A stretch of DNA of 28,026 nucleotides, from NCBI RefSeq assembly GCF_006345805.1, contig NW_021827523.1:1-28026 (forward strand). Direction: 5' to 3'. Every line of letters begins with the position of its first letter. Positions within the stretch are counted from its first letter, which is position 1. Below are positions 11,676 through 22,267 of the stretch, in pieces. Both the position numbers and the translations under genes were made by a program. The stretch is from Octopus sinensis (lineage: Eukaryota). The notes beneath the pieces were generated by a model. It did no database searches, was not told where the DNA came from, and was given only the letters and a program-made list of their open reading frames with translations.

Positions 11676-11851
11676 TATTTCTTTATTGCCCACAATGGGC
11701 TAAACATAGAGGGGACAAACAAGGACAGACATAGGTATTAAGTCGATTACATCGACCCCAGTGCGTAACTGGTACCTAATTTATCGACCTCGAAAGGATG
11801 AATGGCAAAGTCGACCTCGGCGGAATTTGAACTCACAACGTAACAGCAGAC
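11676..11851 (-). mobile_element. SINE family A fragment (core plus internal tail)
   Basis: Reverse complement of ~14085-14258. Confidence 0.9.
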
Positions 11852-11964
11852 ATCTCTCTTTGAATGTATATAGGCAAATCAATCTGTCTGTCTATATATT
11901 TGTACGCCTGTCTGTATGTATGCCAGTGTGTATGATAATTTTCATGTATGTCTGTATATGTGTA

Positions 11965-12600
11965 TACAAACATACATACATACATCCATGCATACATACA
12001 TACATATATAATACATACATATACACACACACACATACATACATACATACACACATACATACATACATACATACATACATTCATACATACACACATACAT
12101 ACATATATACATACATACATACAAACATTCATACATACATACATACATACACACATACATACATACATACATACAAACATACAACATACATACAACATAC
12201 ATACATTCATACATACATACATATATACATACATACATACAAACATTCACACATACATACATACACACATACATACATATATACAAACATACATACATAC
12301 ATACATACATTCATACATACATACATTCATACATTCATACATACGTACATACATACATACATACATACATACGTACATACAAACATACATACATACATAC
12401 ATACATACATACATACATACATTCATACATACATACATACATACATACATACGTACATACAAACATACATACATACATACATACATGCATACATACATTC
12501 ATACATACATACATACATACATACATACATACATACAACAATACATACATACATACATTGTATTTATGTTTATACGTATGTATATATGCATTCATATATA
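11965..12600. repeat. Long (CATA)n array, about 600 bp
   Basis: Direct reading; explains the HTYI/MYVC ORFs. Confidence 0.97.
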
Positions 12601-12603
12601 TAT

Positions 12604-13053
12604 GTGGACTCATGATCGTAAGATTGTGATTTCGATTCCTCGACCGGGCGATGGGTTTTGTTCTTGAGCAAAAAACTTCATTTCATGTTGCTTCAGTCCA
12701 TTCAGCCGGTAAAAGTGAGTTTTCCTGCGACAGACTGGCGTCTTATCCAGGAAGATATATATATGCCAGAGAAACTGGGAAACCGGCCCATTAATTCTTA
12801 TGGAGGAATTGGATTAGGCAATACACACACACACACACACACGAGCACACGCACACACATACACACACACATGAATAGTATCTGTATTTCAAAGAGCCAG
12901 CCTTGTCAGACTCTGTGTTACGCTGAATCTTTCTGAGAACTACATCAAGGGTATACACGTTTGTGGAGTGCTCAGCCCGTTAATTTCACGACTAGGCTGT
13001 TCCGTCGATTGAATCAACTGGAACCTTCGCCGTCGTAACCGACGGAGAGCCAG
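12604..13053 (+). mobile_element. SINE family C composite (head plus tail 1, (CA)n, tail 2)
   Basis: 12604-12720 aligns with 14795-14910; 12875-13053 aligns with 14905-15066 and with the reverse complement of 25957-26142. Confidence 0.8.
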
Positions 13054-13062
13054 ATGTATATG

Positions 13063-13103
<41 letters not shown>

Positions 13104-13299
13104 AAATTAGAATAAAACCACCTTTTATTAATTCAAAATGAACAATTAAATTACACCATCCAGAAAATTACAATAAAATGTCAAAGATCAAGTAAATTGC
13201 AAACAAAAAAAATAATAATAACTCATATAAATTGTAGAATAACCCTGTTTTTTTTTAAAGAATACACCCTTACTGATTTCAAAAACACGTTATTGAAAT

Positions 13300-13427
13300 C
13301 AATCATGACAAATGCTCAAATTGAGCACCCTCTACAATAAAACATGCCGAAAAAAATATAATAGAATAAATTGCTTTAATAATTTTTAATGCAAACCAGA
13401 ATGGTGCGCAACTTCTGGGACGCACTG
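13300..13427 (-). mobile_element. Possible Tc1/mariner-like terminal fragment
   Basis: Minus strand begins TA|CAGTGCGTCCCAGAAGTTGCGCACC at the edge of a (TA)n tract; nearby C..VEGAQFEHL* resembles Tc1/mariner transposase C-termini. No second TIR seen. Confidence 0.4.
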
Positions 13428-13449
13428 TATATATATATATATATATATA

Positions 13450-13497
<48 letters not shown>

Positions 13498-13592
13498 GGA
13501 GTAAACACATAAAATGTGAAACAAGGTGGAAAAAGAGTACTGAAATACCAGTGGTAGAGTATATGCTTATTTAAAGCAGCAGAAAATTCAAC

Positions 13593-13636
13593 AAACTGTT
13601 ACTCTGAGTTTCGCGTTGCCGTTCATCGGACAGTTT
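13593..13636 (-). ncRNA. Type I hammerhead ribozyme-like motif (left arm of palindrome)
   Basis: AAACUGU-CCGAUGA-ACG(GCAA)CGC-GAA-ACUC(A)GAGU-A-ACAGUUU; 7-bp helix I. Confidence 0.65.
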
Positions 13637-13642
13637 TTGCAA

Positions 13643-13686
13643 AAACTGTCCGATGAACGGCAACGAGAAACTCAGTGTAACAGGTT
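13643..13686 (+). ncRNA. Hammerhead ribozyme-like motif (right arm, more mutated)
   Basis: CUGU-CCGAUGA-ACG(GCAA)CGA-GAA-ACUCAGUGU-A-ACAG; mismatches in helices II and III. Confidence 0.5.
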
Positions 13687-13716
13687 TTGTTGAATTTTCT
13701 GCTGCTTTAAATAAAG

Positions 13717-13758
<42 letters not shown>

Positions 13759-14026
13759 CGTGTGTGTGTGTGTGTGTTGTGTGTGTGTGTGTGCGTGTGT
13801 GTGTGTGTGTTAATAGTAATGGTAAGACAACAAAAGAATGAAAGAGACACCTGGAGGGGGAAGTGCCGCACTAGGATTGGGCTGCAACTCCCCTCTCCAT
13901 CCTTCAGCAATGTAGTACTCCCTATATATTAGGAAATTCATGTTGGCCAGGACTTTTAGTTACGTCTGGCGGCCTATTCAACCAGACAAAATTTGTTTTC
14001 ATCCCAATGTAATATTCCATGGTTTA

Positions 14027-14641
14027 AAGACGGCGAGCTGGCAGAAAGGTTAGCATGCCGGGCGAAATGCTTAGCGGTATTTCGTCTGCCGCTACGTTCT
14101 GAGTTCAAATTCCGCCGAGGCCGACTTGGCCTTTCATCCTTTCGGGGTCGATTAAATTAGTAGCTGTTACACACTGGGGTCGATGTAATCGACTTAATTC
14201 CTTTGTCTGTCCTTGTTTGTCCCCTCTATGTTTAGCCCCTTGTGGGCAATAAAGAAATAAGAAACGTTTACACGCCGGGCGAAATGCTTAGCGGTATTTC
14301 GTCTGCCGCTACGGTTCTGAGTTCAAATTCCGCCGAGGCCGACTTTGCATGTCATCCTTTCGGGGTCGATAAATTAAGTACCAGTTACGCACTGAGGTCG
14401 ATGTAATCAACTTAATCCGTTTGTCTGTCCTTGTTTGTCCCCTCTGTGTTTAGCCCCTTGTGGGTAGTAAAGAAATTGGTATTTCGTCTGCCGCTACGTT
14501 CTGAATTCAAATTCTGCCGAGGTCGACTTTGCCTTTCATCCTTTCGCAATCGATAAATTAAATACCAGTTGTGTACTGAGGTCGATCTAATCGAGTGGCC
14601 CCTTCCCCAAAATTTCCAGCCTTGTGCCTAGAATAGAAAAG
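14027..14641 (+). mobile_element. SINE family A trimer with 16-bp target-site duplication
   Basis: tRNA-like head (gagctggcagaa..gagttcaaattcc); three tandem cores; flanked by aatattccatggttta at 14011-14026 and 14642-14657. Confidence 0.93.
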
Positions 14642-14769
14642 AATATTCCATGGTTTAGCTTGCCTCGATGCATTTTCCACCTGAATATATTTTTAATTCA
14701 TCCCTAGCTTCCAGTAGAAAGGATATTGATGAAATAGTCAGATATTGGTGAAACAGTTTGGCCATCGTG

Positions 14770-15066
14770 AAGTCCGTGGCTTAGTGGTTGTAGTGTTCGG
14801 CTCATGATCGTAGGGTCGTGAGTTCAGTTACCGACGACGCGTTGTGTCCTTGAGCAAGACACTTTATTTCAAGTTGCTCCAATCTACTCGGCTGGCAAAA
14901 ATGAGTAGTACCTGTATTTCAAAGGGGCCAGCCTTGTTACACCCTGTGTCTCGCTGAATCTCTCTGAGAACTACGTTAACGGTACACGTGCACACGGGTA
15001 CGTTGCCCAGCCACATGCATGCCAGTTTCACAAGCGGGCTGTTCCGTTGATCGGATCAACTGGAAC
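14770..15066 (+). mobile_element. SINE family C (tRNA head, CORE-like centre, tail 2)
   Basis: A-box-like tggcttagtgg, B-box-like gagttca, CORE-like gtgtccttgagcaagacacttta. Confidence 0.85.
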
Positions 15067-15351
15067 TGGAGTTGAATTTGGAGCAGAACTTGCTTGTAGT
15101 TTTCCTTAGTTTTACAATGAATCAGAAATATTTAGCGTGACCAAATTCCACCTTTATACCCTATAGGAGCGTCCTAACCAGTCTAAAGCTCTTCTTCATA
15201 TAATTAATTGTTATTTTGTAAATGTATTCAAAATGTCCATAGAGAATCTAGGTTGCGTGTTGTTATTTCTGTTTTCCTGTAAATCAACCATTTACTCTTT
15301 CAGGTTTCTTAAAATGTAAACCTCGTCCCATATATTATATATCTCAGAAGG

Positions 15352-15650
15352 TGAGAGAACGTGGCCTAGTGGTAAGGATGTTGCACTCAAGATCTCTTGA
15401 TCAAGGGTTTCGATTCCTGGACCAGACGACGCGTGGTATTCTTGAGCATAGCACTTTGTTTCACGTTGCTCCAGTCTAACCAGCTGTAAATGGGTAACTC
15501 TGCAACGAAATAGCCTTCTGATTACGGGGAATATTGGCCTGCTCCCCAAGCAATCGAGGTGGCATCATTCGATAGCTGAAACGACGTGAATCGCATTGTG
15601 ACTAGTGATGAATAACGATATCCAATAGTCTGGTCGATACTGTGATACTA
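15352..15650 (+). mobile_element. SINE family C head with a different tail (tail 3)
   Basis: gtggcctagtggtaagg..gtttcgattcc..ttcttgagca.agcacttt.tttcacgttgctccagtc; 3' boundary approximate. Confidence 0.75.
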
Positions 15651-16124
15651 TGATATTTCATAGACCCCTGCAATACTTCTGTATCATATTAGAGACAATA
15701 TAATCATTCCAGACTTAATTAATTTTCAGGATACAGACTGATGACAAGACCAAAGCGCTGATTATGGTTTCTGGAATCTTAGTAATTTGAAGAGTCTTTA
15801 GCATCCAAAAGTACAGAACATAATCATTCACTGTCTTTGAATCCAAACATAGTTTTGTTCTTTACAAGTTCTCTAGCACATCCGCAGCTCCTGTCCTCCC
15901 AGCTACTGGTTAATCTTTGATGGCATTGTTTTAATGGAAATGATATTGGAAAAAGAGATTCATACATAGCATATATTTCAAAATTTGAATTTTAGTATAC
16001 AGATTGCTCGGTAGTTCTCACTAGACTTGTTACTGCTAAAGCCCGTTACTTTGGTCATATTTATATCGTCACAGTAGTCGTTGTTATCAGAAGGCAAAGA
16101 ACCACAAGAGATCCTGCAAAGTAT

Positions 16125-16236
16125 CTCGCCCAGTCCTGTAACAGCTCCACCGATTCTATCGCTCTAGATCGGTGCCTTTTTACCGACTCCGAAAGGATAA
16201 AAGGCAAAGTTAACCTCTGAGGTTTTTGAACACAGC
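16125..16236 (-). mobile_element. Highly diverged SINE family A-related core
   Basis: ccgactccgaaaggataaaaggcaaagttaacctc..tttgaacacag resembles the family A core. Confidence 0.6.
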
Positions 16237-16589
16237 GCAAAGAGATAGTATTTGAATATCTTAATCCATGTCGTCTTCTATGATATTTATACAAATTAAG
16301 ACTAAGATTAATTTTCTTTTGTAGGAAATAACTTCGATACGAAACTCGTTCATTATGAAATTTTCAATCCTCGAGTTCTTATATTTAGTCTGTTTAAATT
16401 CTTGCATTGACCATTTCCGATGGTCAAACGCAGGAGTTCAGAAGGAAGGTAATGCTAACATGTAGCAATGTGCTTGCTGGACGTAGGCCTTTGTGAGAAT
16501 CTTTCTGCCCCCCACCAAAACAACAAAAAGGACCGTTCGTGTGTTGTACTGCCCTTCTTAAAAATGGTTCAACTGTACCTGATATTTTC

Positions 16590-16640
<51 letters not shown>

Positions 16641-16650
16641 ACATATACAC

Positions 16651-16812
16651 AGGCGTAGGAGTGACTGTCTGGTAAGTAGCTTTACGAACCACATAGTTCC
16701 GGATTCAGTCCCACTGCGTGGCACCTTGAGCAAGTGTCTTCCACTATAGCCCCGGGCCGACAAAAGCCTTGTAAGTGGATTTGGTAGACGGAAACTGAAA
16801 GAAGCCGTTGTA
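16651..16812 (+). mobile_element. SINE family B 5' half
   Basis: Aligns with 20288-20452. Confidence 0.9.
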
Positions 16813-16819
16813 TATATGT

Positions 16820-17318
16820 ATATAGTGAAATAAGTCTCCATAATGGCCGATATACAAAAGCAATGTAAGCTACCATTTTGGTTACCTCACACACAAAAAA
16901 TAAAACAAGCAGTAATAATGGCCAATATACATAGGCGAACAGAAGCCACCATATTGGCGATTTAAGGGCCAACATACATAGAGTGAAGTAAGTCGCCGTG
17001 TTGGCTGAGCAACACTGCAATATAAACCACCATCAGGGTTACCTCACACAGAAAAAATACAAGCGTATAACGGCCTACATAACTAGACTAACAGAAGCCG
17101 CCATCATGGCTATCGAAGAGAAAATATAAGCTGCCATAGCAGCCAACACACATACAGTAAAATAAGTCGCCATGATGGCTGAGATACACAGCAACATAAA
17201 GCTACCATCTTCGCTACCTCACACAGAAAAAATAACACACGCGGTAATAATGGCCAACATACATAGACTAACACAAGCCGCCATGATGGCTAACGTACAC
17301 AGAAATACAAGTTCCATC
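16820..17318. repeat. Higher-order minisatellite: three ~158-175-bp units built from ~30-bp subunits
   Basis: Anchor gt(g/a)aa(a/g)taagtc at 16825, 16983, 17157; anchor acctcacac at 16884, 17041, 17216. Confidence 0.85.
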
Positions 17319-17865
17319 GGAAAAAAAAAATGTGTGTGTGTGTGGAGGGGCGGGGTGAAACACAAAAGTGTGTGAGGTGAAGGATAGAGGGCGGGGTGGA
17401 GGAGGACAGAAAAACGCTTTCAGCCGATGCCGTTTAGGCGGAAGGTGGCTTTGTCATCCAATCGACCTCCTGCCTTCTGTTTATGATTGATCACCTATTA
17501 CATCTGTTCAAATAGAAGTTGATCGGTTCGAATTTCACAAGATCCTTCGCTGTTTTATTTTTCCTCATCTTTATATGTTTTTTTTTTTTCTCTCTTAGTT
17601 TTAATATATATTTTATTTAGTTCTATTTTATTTTATTTTTAATATGCTTATTTTATTATTTTATTTTTTTATTTTTACCCATTTGTTGTTGATTGTGGTG
17701 TAGTTGCTTGTCATTGCTGTTGCTGATGTTGTTGTTGCTGGTCGTGGTGGTGGTGGTAGTGGTGGTGGTAGTGACGGCGGGGGTGGCGTAATAAGAGGAT
17801 GAGGATGTATTTTAAAAAGGGTGTATGCATGTATATAAGTATGTGTATTTGCATATATGTGTGTA

Positions 17866-17868
<3 letters not shown>

Positions 17869-17908
<40 letters not shown>

Positions 17909-17961
17909 CGGTAAGAGAAACCAATTTTATTTGGTTTCAGATATTATTATTATCATTATTA

Positions 17962-17992
<31 letters not shown>

Positions 17993-18154
17993 ATTATTAT
18001 TATTATTATTATTATTATTGTGGTTGTTGTGGTTGTTGTTGTTGTTGTTGTTAGTGGTGGTGGCGGCGGTGGTGGTACTGCTGGTGTGTATGATTTTTCT
18101 TTAATGCGTCATTATTTTTCTATTTCTGTCCATATTTATATTGCATATATATAT

Positions 18155-18203
<49 letters not shown>

Positions 18204-18236
18204 CATAATATATTATATACACCACACACACACATC

Positions 18237-18296
<60 letters not shown>

Positions 18297-18300
18297 ATAT
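17869..18300. repeat. Compound microsatellites (AG)n, (TTA)n-(TTG)n-(GTG)n, (TA)n
   Basis: Direct reading. Confidence 0.93.
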
Positions 18301-18499
18301 ATGCACACGCGCACACGCTTTATATAACGTATTCCTATTCATTCTCTACCACTGTTGCTGCTGCTGCTGCTCCTATTACTACTACTACAACAACAACAAC
18401 ACGAACAACAACTACTATACCGTTTCTACTACATGCAGACATTCTATCTACATGTAACTCTCCCTCTCTATCTCCCTCCCTTCATTCATCCATCCATCT

Positions 18500-18865
18500 T
18501 TATGTATGTAATTATGCATGTATGTATGTACCGTATGTATGTATGTATGTATGTAACATGTATGTATGCATGTATGTATGTATGTATGTATGTATGTAAT
18601 GTTTCATGTATGTATTCATGTATGTATGTATGTATGTATGTATATATGTATGTATTATGTATGTATGTTGTATGTATGTATATATGTATGTATGTATGTA
18701 GTATGTATGTATTATGTATGTATGTATATATGTATGTATGTATTATGTATGTATGTATGTATGTATGCATGTATGTATGTATGTATGTATGTATGTATGC
18801 ATGTATTATGTATGTATGTATGTATGTATGTATGCATGTATGTATGCATGAATGTATGTATGTAC
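18500..18865. repeat. (TATG)n array
   Basis: Direct reading. Confidence 0.95.
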
Positions 18866-18950
18866 GTGAGCATGCGTGTTTTTTTACGAATGACAATGTA
18901 ATTTTGTGTAAATAATTTCTTTAAACATTTTGAGCGTGTGTGTATATATA

Positions 18951-18990
<40 letters not shown>

Positions 18991-19090
18991 GCGTGTGTTT
19001 ATATTATTGTGGATCTGTATGTTTGTGTAAGTGCGCGCATATTATATACAATGTATGTCTCAGATACACACATATATACATATACACACC

Positions 19091-19130
<40 letters not shown>

Positions 19131-19267
19131 TAGTACGCGTTCGTGCATGCGTATTTGTCGCTTAGATTCGCCGTGTTCTGGGCTGGTTTGGAAAGGGTTT
19201 GTGCGAGTCGTTGTCCCCTACATACGCTTGTCACATTTTGTTTCATGCCCATCAAATGACAGCTTCT

Positions 19268-19278
19268 AGCTGCTGCTG

Positions 19279-19322
<44 letters not shown>

Positions 19323-19336
19323 GCTGCTACTACTAC
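19268..19336. repeat. (CTG)n/(CTA)n microsatellite
   Basis: Direct reading. Confidence 0.93.
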
Positions 19337-19654
19337 TTTTTTTTTTATTTGGAAATATTTTTGTAATGTATGTAATATTTTTTTATATATATATATATAT
19401 GTAGTTATGATGTTGTTATTGTTATTGTTGTTGTTGGTTGTGTTTGTGACTGTTGTTTCGTTGTTTAGAAAGAAAGGAAAGAAAACAACACTCACCATCC
19501 TTTGAGAATAACACTTTTCTTCTTCTTCTTCTTCTCCCCTCCTCCTCCCCTCATCATCATCATCATCATAGTCATCAGGTTCACTCTTAACGCATTATCA
19601 GTATCGTTATCAATTATTGCTAGCGCCTTATTTGTTGTTCTTTGAAAATATCCT

Positions 19655-19924
19655 CATCACCATCAAGATGATGATATTGACAATCACCATCATCATCGTC
19701 ATCATCATCTTTATCATCGTCATCGTCATATGACGGACATCATCATCATCATCGCCAGCATCATCTTCATGATCATCATCACCACCACGACGACCATCAC
19801 GACCAAAACGACAACGGCGACGACGACCATCATTATCATCGACGTCGTCATCATCACCACTACCACCACCGTCATCATCCTTATCATGGTTCGCCACTTC
19901 CTCATATCCTTTCTCCTCTCTTTC

Positions 19925-19981
<57 letters not shown>

Positions 19982-20080
19982 CATCATCATTATTATTATT
20001 GCTGTTGTTGTTGTTGTTGTTGGTTGTCGTTTTTGTGGCTGCTGCTGCTGTTGTTGTTGCTCTGTCGTTATTGTTGTCAT
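19655..20080. repeat. Degenerate (CAT/CAC/CGA)n followed by (TTA)n and (TTG/CTG)n
   Basis: Direct reading. Confidence 0.9.
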
Positions 20081-20287
20081 CGTCAGCCCAGCCGATATGC
20101 TGATGACACTGGACAGGTGTAAAAAGGCCAAACGGATAAATAATATCGTGTTAGCATAGGATTAACAACAACAGCAACAACAACAACAACAACAACAACA
20201 AATACAACATCGACCAGAAGAGCAACGATGTTGATGATGATGATGATGATGAAAATAAAAATAATTAAAGCAATGATGAGCAATGGT

Positions 20288-20725
20288 AGGCGCAGGGATG
20301 GCTGTGTGGTAAGTAGCTTGCTAACGAACCACATGGTTCCGGGTTCAGTTCCACTGCGTGGCACCTTGGGCAAATGTCTTCTACTAAAGCCTCGGGCCGA
20401 CCAAAGCCTTGTGAGTGGATTTGGTAGACGGAAACTGAAAGAATCCCATTGTATATATGTATATATATATATATATGTATGTGTCTGTGTGCGTGTGTGT
20501 GCGTGTGTGTGTGTGTGTGTATGTTTGTGTCTGTGTTTGCCCCCCCCTAACATCGCTTGACACCCGATGGTGGTGTGTTTACGTCCCCGTAACCTAGCGG
20601 TTCGGCAAAAAAGACCGATAGAATAAGTACTAGGTTTACAAGAATAAGTCCTGCTCGACTAAAGGCGGTGCTCCAGCATGGCTACAGTCAAATGACTGAA
20701 ACAAGTAAAAGAGTAAAAGAGTAAA
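20288..20725 (+). mobile_element. SINE family B, most complete copy
   Basis: tRNA-like head (tggctgtgtggtaag..gggttcagttcc), CORE-like accttgggcaa, internal (TA)n(TG)n tract, 3' module ending in (GAGTAAAA)n repeats. Confidence 0.9.
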
Positions 20726-20809
20726 GGCTGCGATTTTGTCCGGAGTAATAAAGTGAAGAAAGCAACGCCAATCACATTGATGACAAAATCGACGATGTCC
20801 ATGACCGTG

Positions 20810-21375
20810 GCGATGATGGTGATGATAATGATAACGTTGGTGACGACGATGATGATAATGATGATAATGATGAAAGTGATAACGATGATGAGGATGATGA
20901 GGATGACGAGAATGATGATGAAGATGATAATGATAACGTTGGTGACGACGATGATGATAATGATGGTAATGATGAAAGTGATAACGATGATGAGGATGAT
21001 GATGATGACGAGAATGATGATGAAGATGATCATGATAACGTTGTGACGACGATGATGATAATGATGGTAATGATGAAAGTGATAACGATGATGAGGATGA
21101 TGATGATGACGAGAATGATGATGAAGATGATAATGATAACGTTGGTGACGACGATGATGATAATGATGGTAATGATGAAAGTGATAACGATGATAAGGAT
21201 GATGATGATGACGAGAATGATGATGAAGATGATCGTGATCATGATGATCATAATGACGACGACGACTAAGAGGCTTTGCCGCTGAGGCTCGTGATGATGT
21301 GATGATGATGATGACGATGATGATGAGGATGATGATGATGATGATGATGTTGATGATGATGATGATCGCCGTAAT
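20810..21375. repeat. (GAT)n-derived tract containing four ~102-bp tandem units
   Basis: Anchor ataacgtt at 20831, 20933, 21035, 21136. Confidence 0.92.
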
Positions 21376-21689
21376 GATGTTCACAACACCTGCAATTCAC
21401 GAAGCAATATTGAAGAATATTCATCGCCTCGATGAAATATAATGTCCATCTCTTCAGGCAATCTTACATAAAAAACGAAGAATTAAACTCTGGTCCATCA
21501 TACCTCATCCTACCCCTCATGCCACAACACATTTCAGTTCTATCCGGATAATGTCTCTCAACAATAGTCAAACATATGATCCACAATAAAAATATTCTTA
21601 ATATATATTGGAGAGAGAATACAATGAACATTCAAGGTGATGATGATGAAGATGATGATGATGGTCATTATTATCATCATCATCATCAT

Positions 21690-22221
21690 CATCAAAGTGA
21701 CACCGAGGTAAAATACACGAAGCCCAGCATAACCATCATGATTATCCGTCTGATAAGGGTACACCAGGCACGTGCATCACAACCATATGTGCAGGACATG
21801 GCGATCTCATATCAAGATAAACAGTGCATGGCCTTGCAATTGGGGATCAGTTAGAATTTTTTTCATGTCGTGTAGTCCATCCTGTTCAAAAAGTCGCTGA
21901 ATAAGGGTTGTTTAAGGATGTTGAACGAAACATCTATATTTCAAAGGTGAATTTTCCAAACCTCAAAGAATCCCTCTCAACTCATGGCTACGATGATCCC
22001 CCCACTACTTCTGCTCGAGATCAGAGATGCACATATCGTCAGCCACCAAAGTACATGCTCAACTGGTTAAGGTCAAACAACTGACAAGCAAATCTGTGGT
22101 ATTGAGCAGAATATTTGCAGTAGCCCATCTTTTATACCAAGACAAAACAATTTACATGATAACACTTCCAATCAATTAAGATATGAAGCCATGAGAGCCG
22201 CTGCCTGGATTGCGTCAGAGC
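21690..22221 (-). mobile_element. Unclassified interspersed repeat family D, copy 1
   Basis: Colinear with 22268-22737; strand inferred from the position of the (TAA)n tail on copy 2. Confidence 0.75.
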
Positions 22222-22222
22222 A

Positions 22223-22267
<45 letters not shown>

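Larger units (their letters stand above)
13561..13721. repeat. Loopless inverted repeat, ~80-bp arms, centred at 13639/13640
   Basis: The reverse complement of 13561-13639 matches 13640-13721 with about three substitutions and two small indels. Confidence 0.95.

Noticed and set aside
14031-14120. tRNA-like heads of SINE families A, B and C as tRNA genes
   Set aside because: A/B-box-like words are present but no complete cloverleaf; they continue directly into SINE bodies.
13850-16030. Complex sequence between the SINEs as a possible old LINE or exon
   Set aside because: No convincing protein motif found on either strand by eye.
16820-17318. CRISPR-like repeat-spacer appearance
   Set aside because: Repeats are degenerate, spacers recur between higher-order units, the context is eukaryotic and no cas genes are present.
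826-19269. Numerous ORFs of MYVC/HTYI/YIYI/CVCV type, up to 284 aa (e.g. 11761-12615, 11948-12667, 18355-18915)
   Set aside because: Stop-free translations of (TATG)n, (CATA)n, (TA)n and (TG)n microsatellites; no domain content.
19628-21384. Poly-Q/T/I/D and His-rich ORFs
   Set aside because: Trinucleotide repeat translations, partly overlapping a SINE; no splice or domain evidence.
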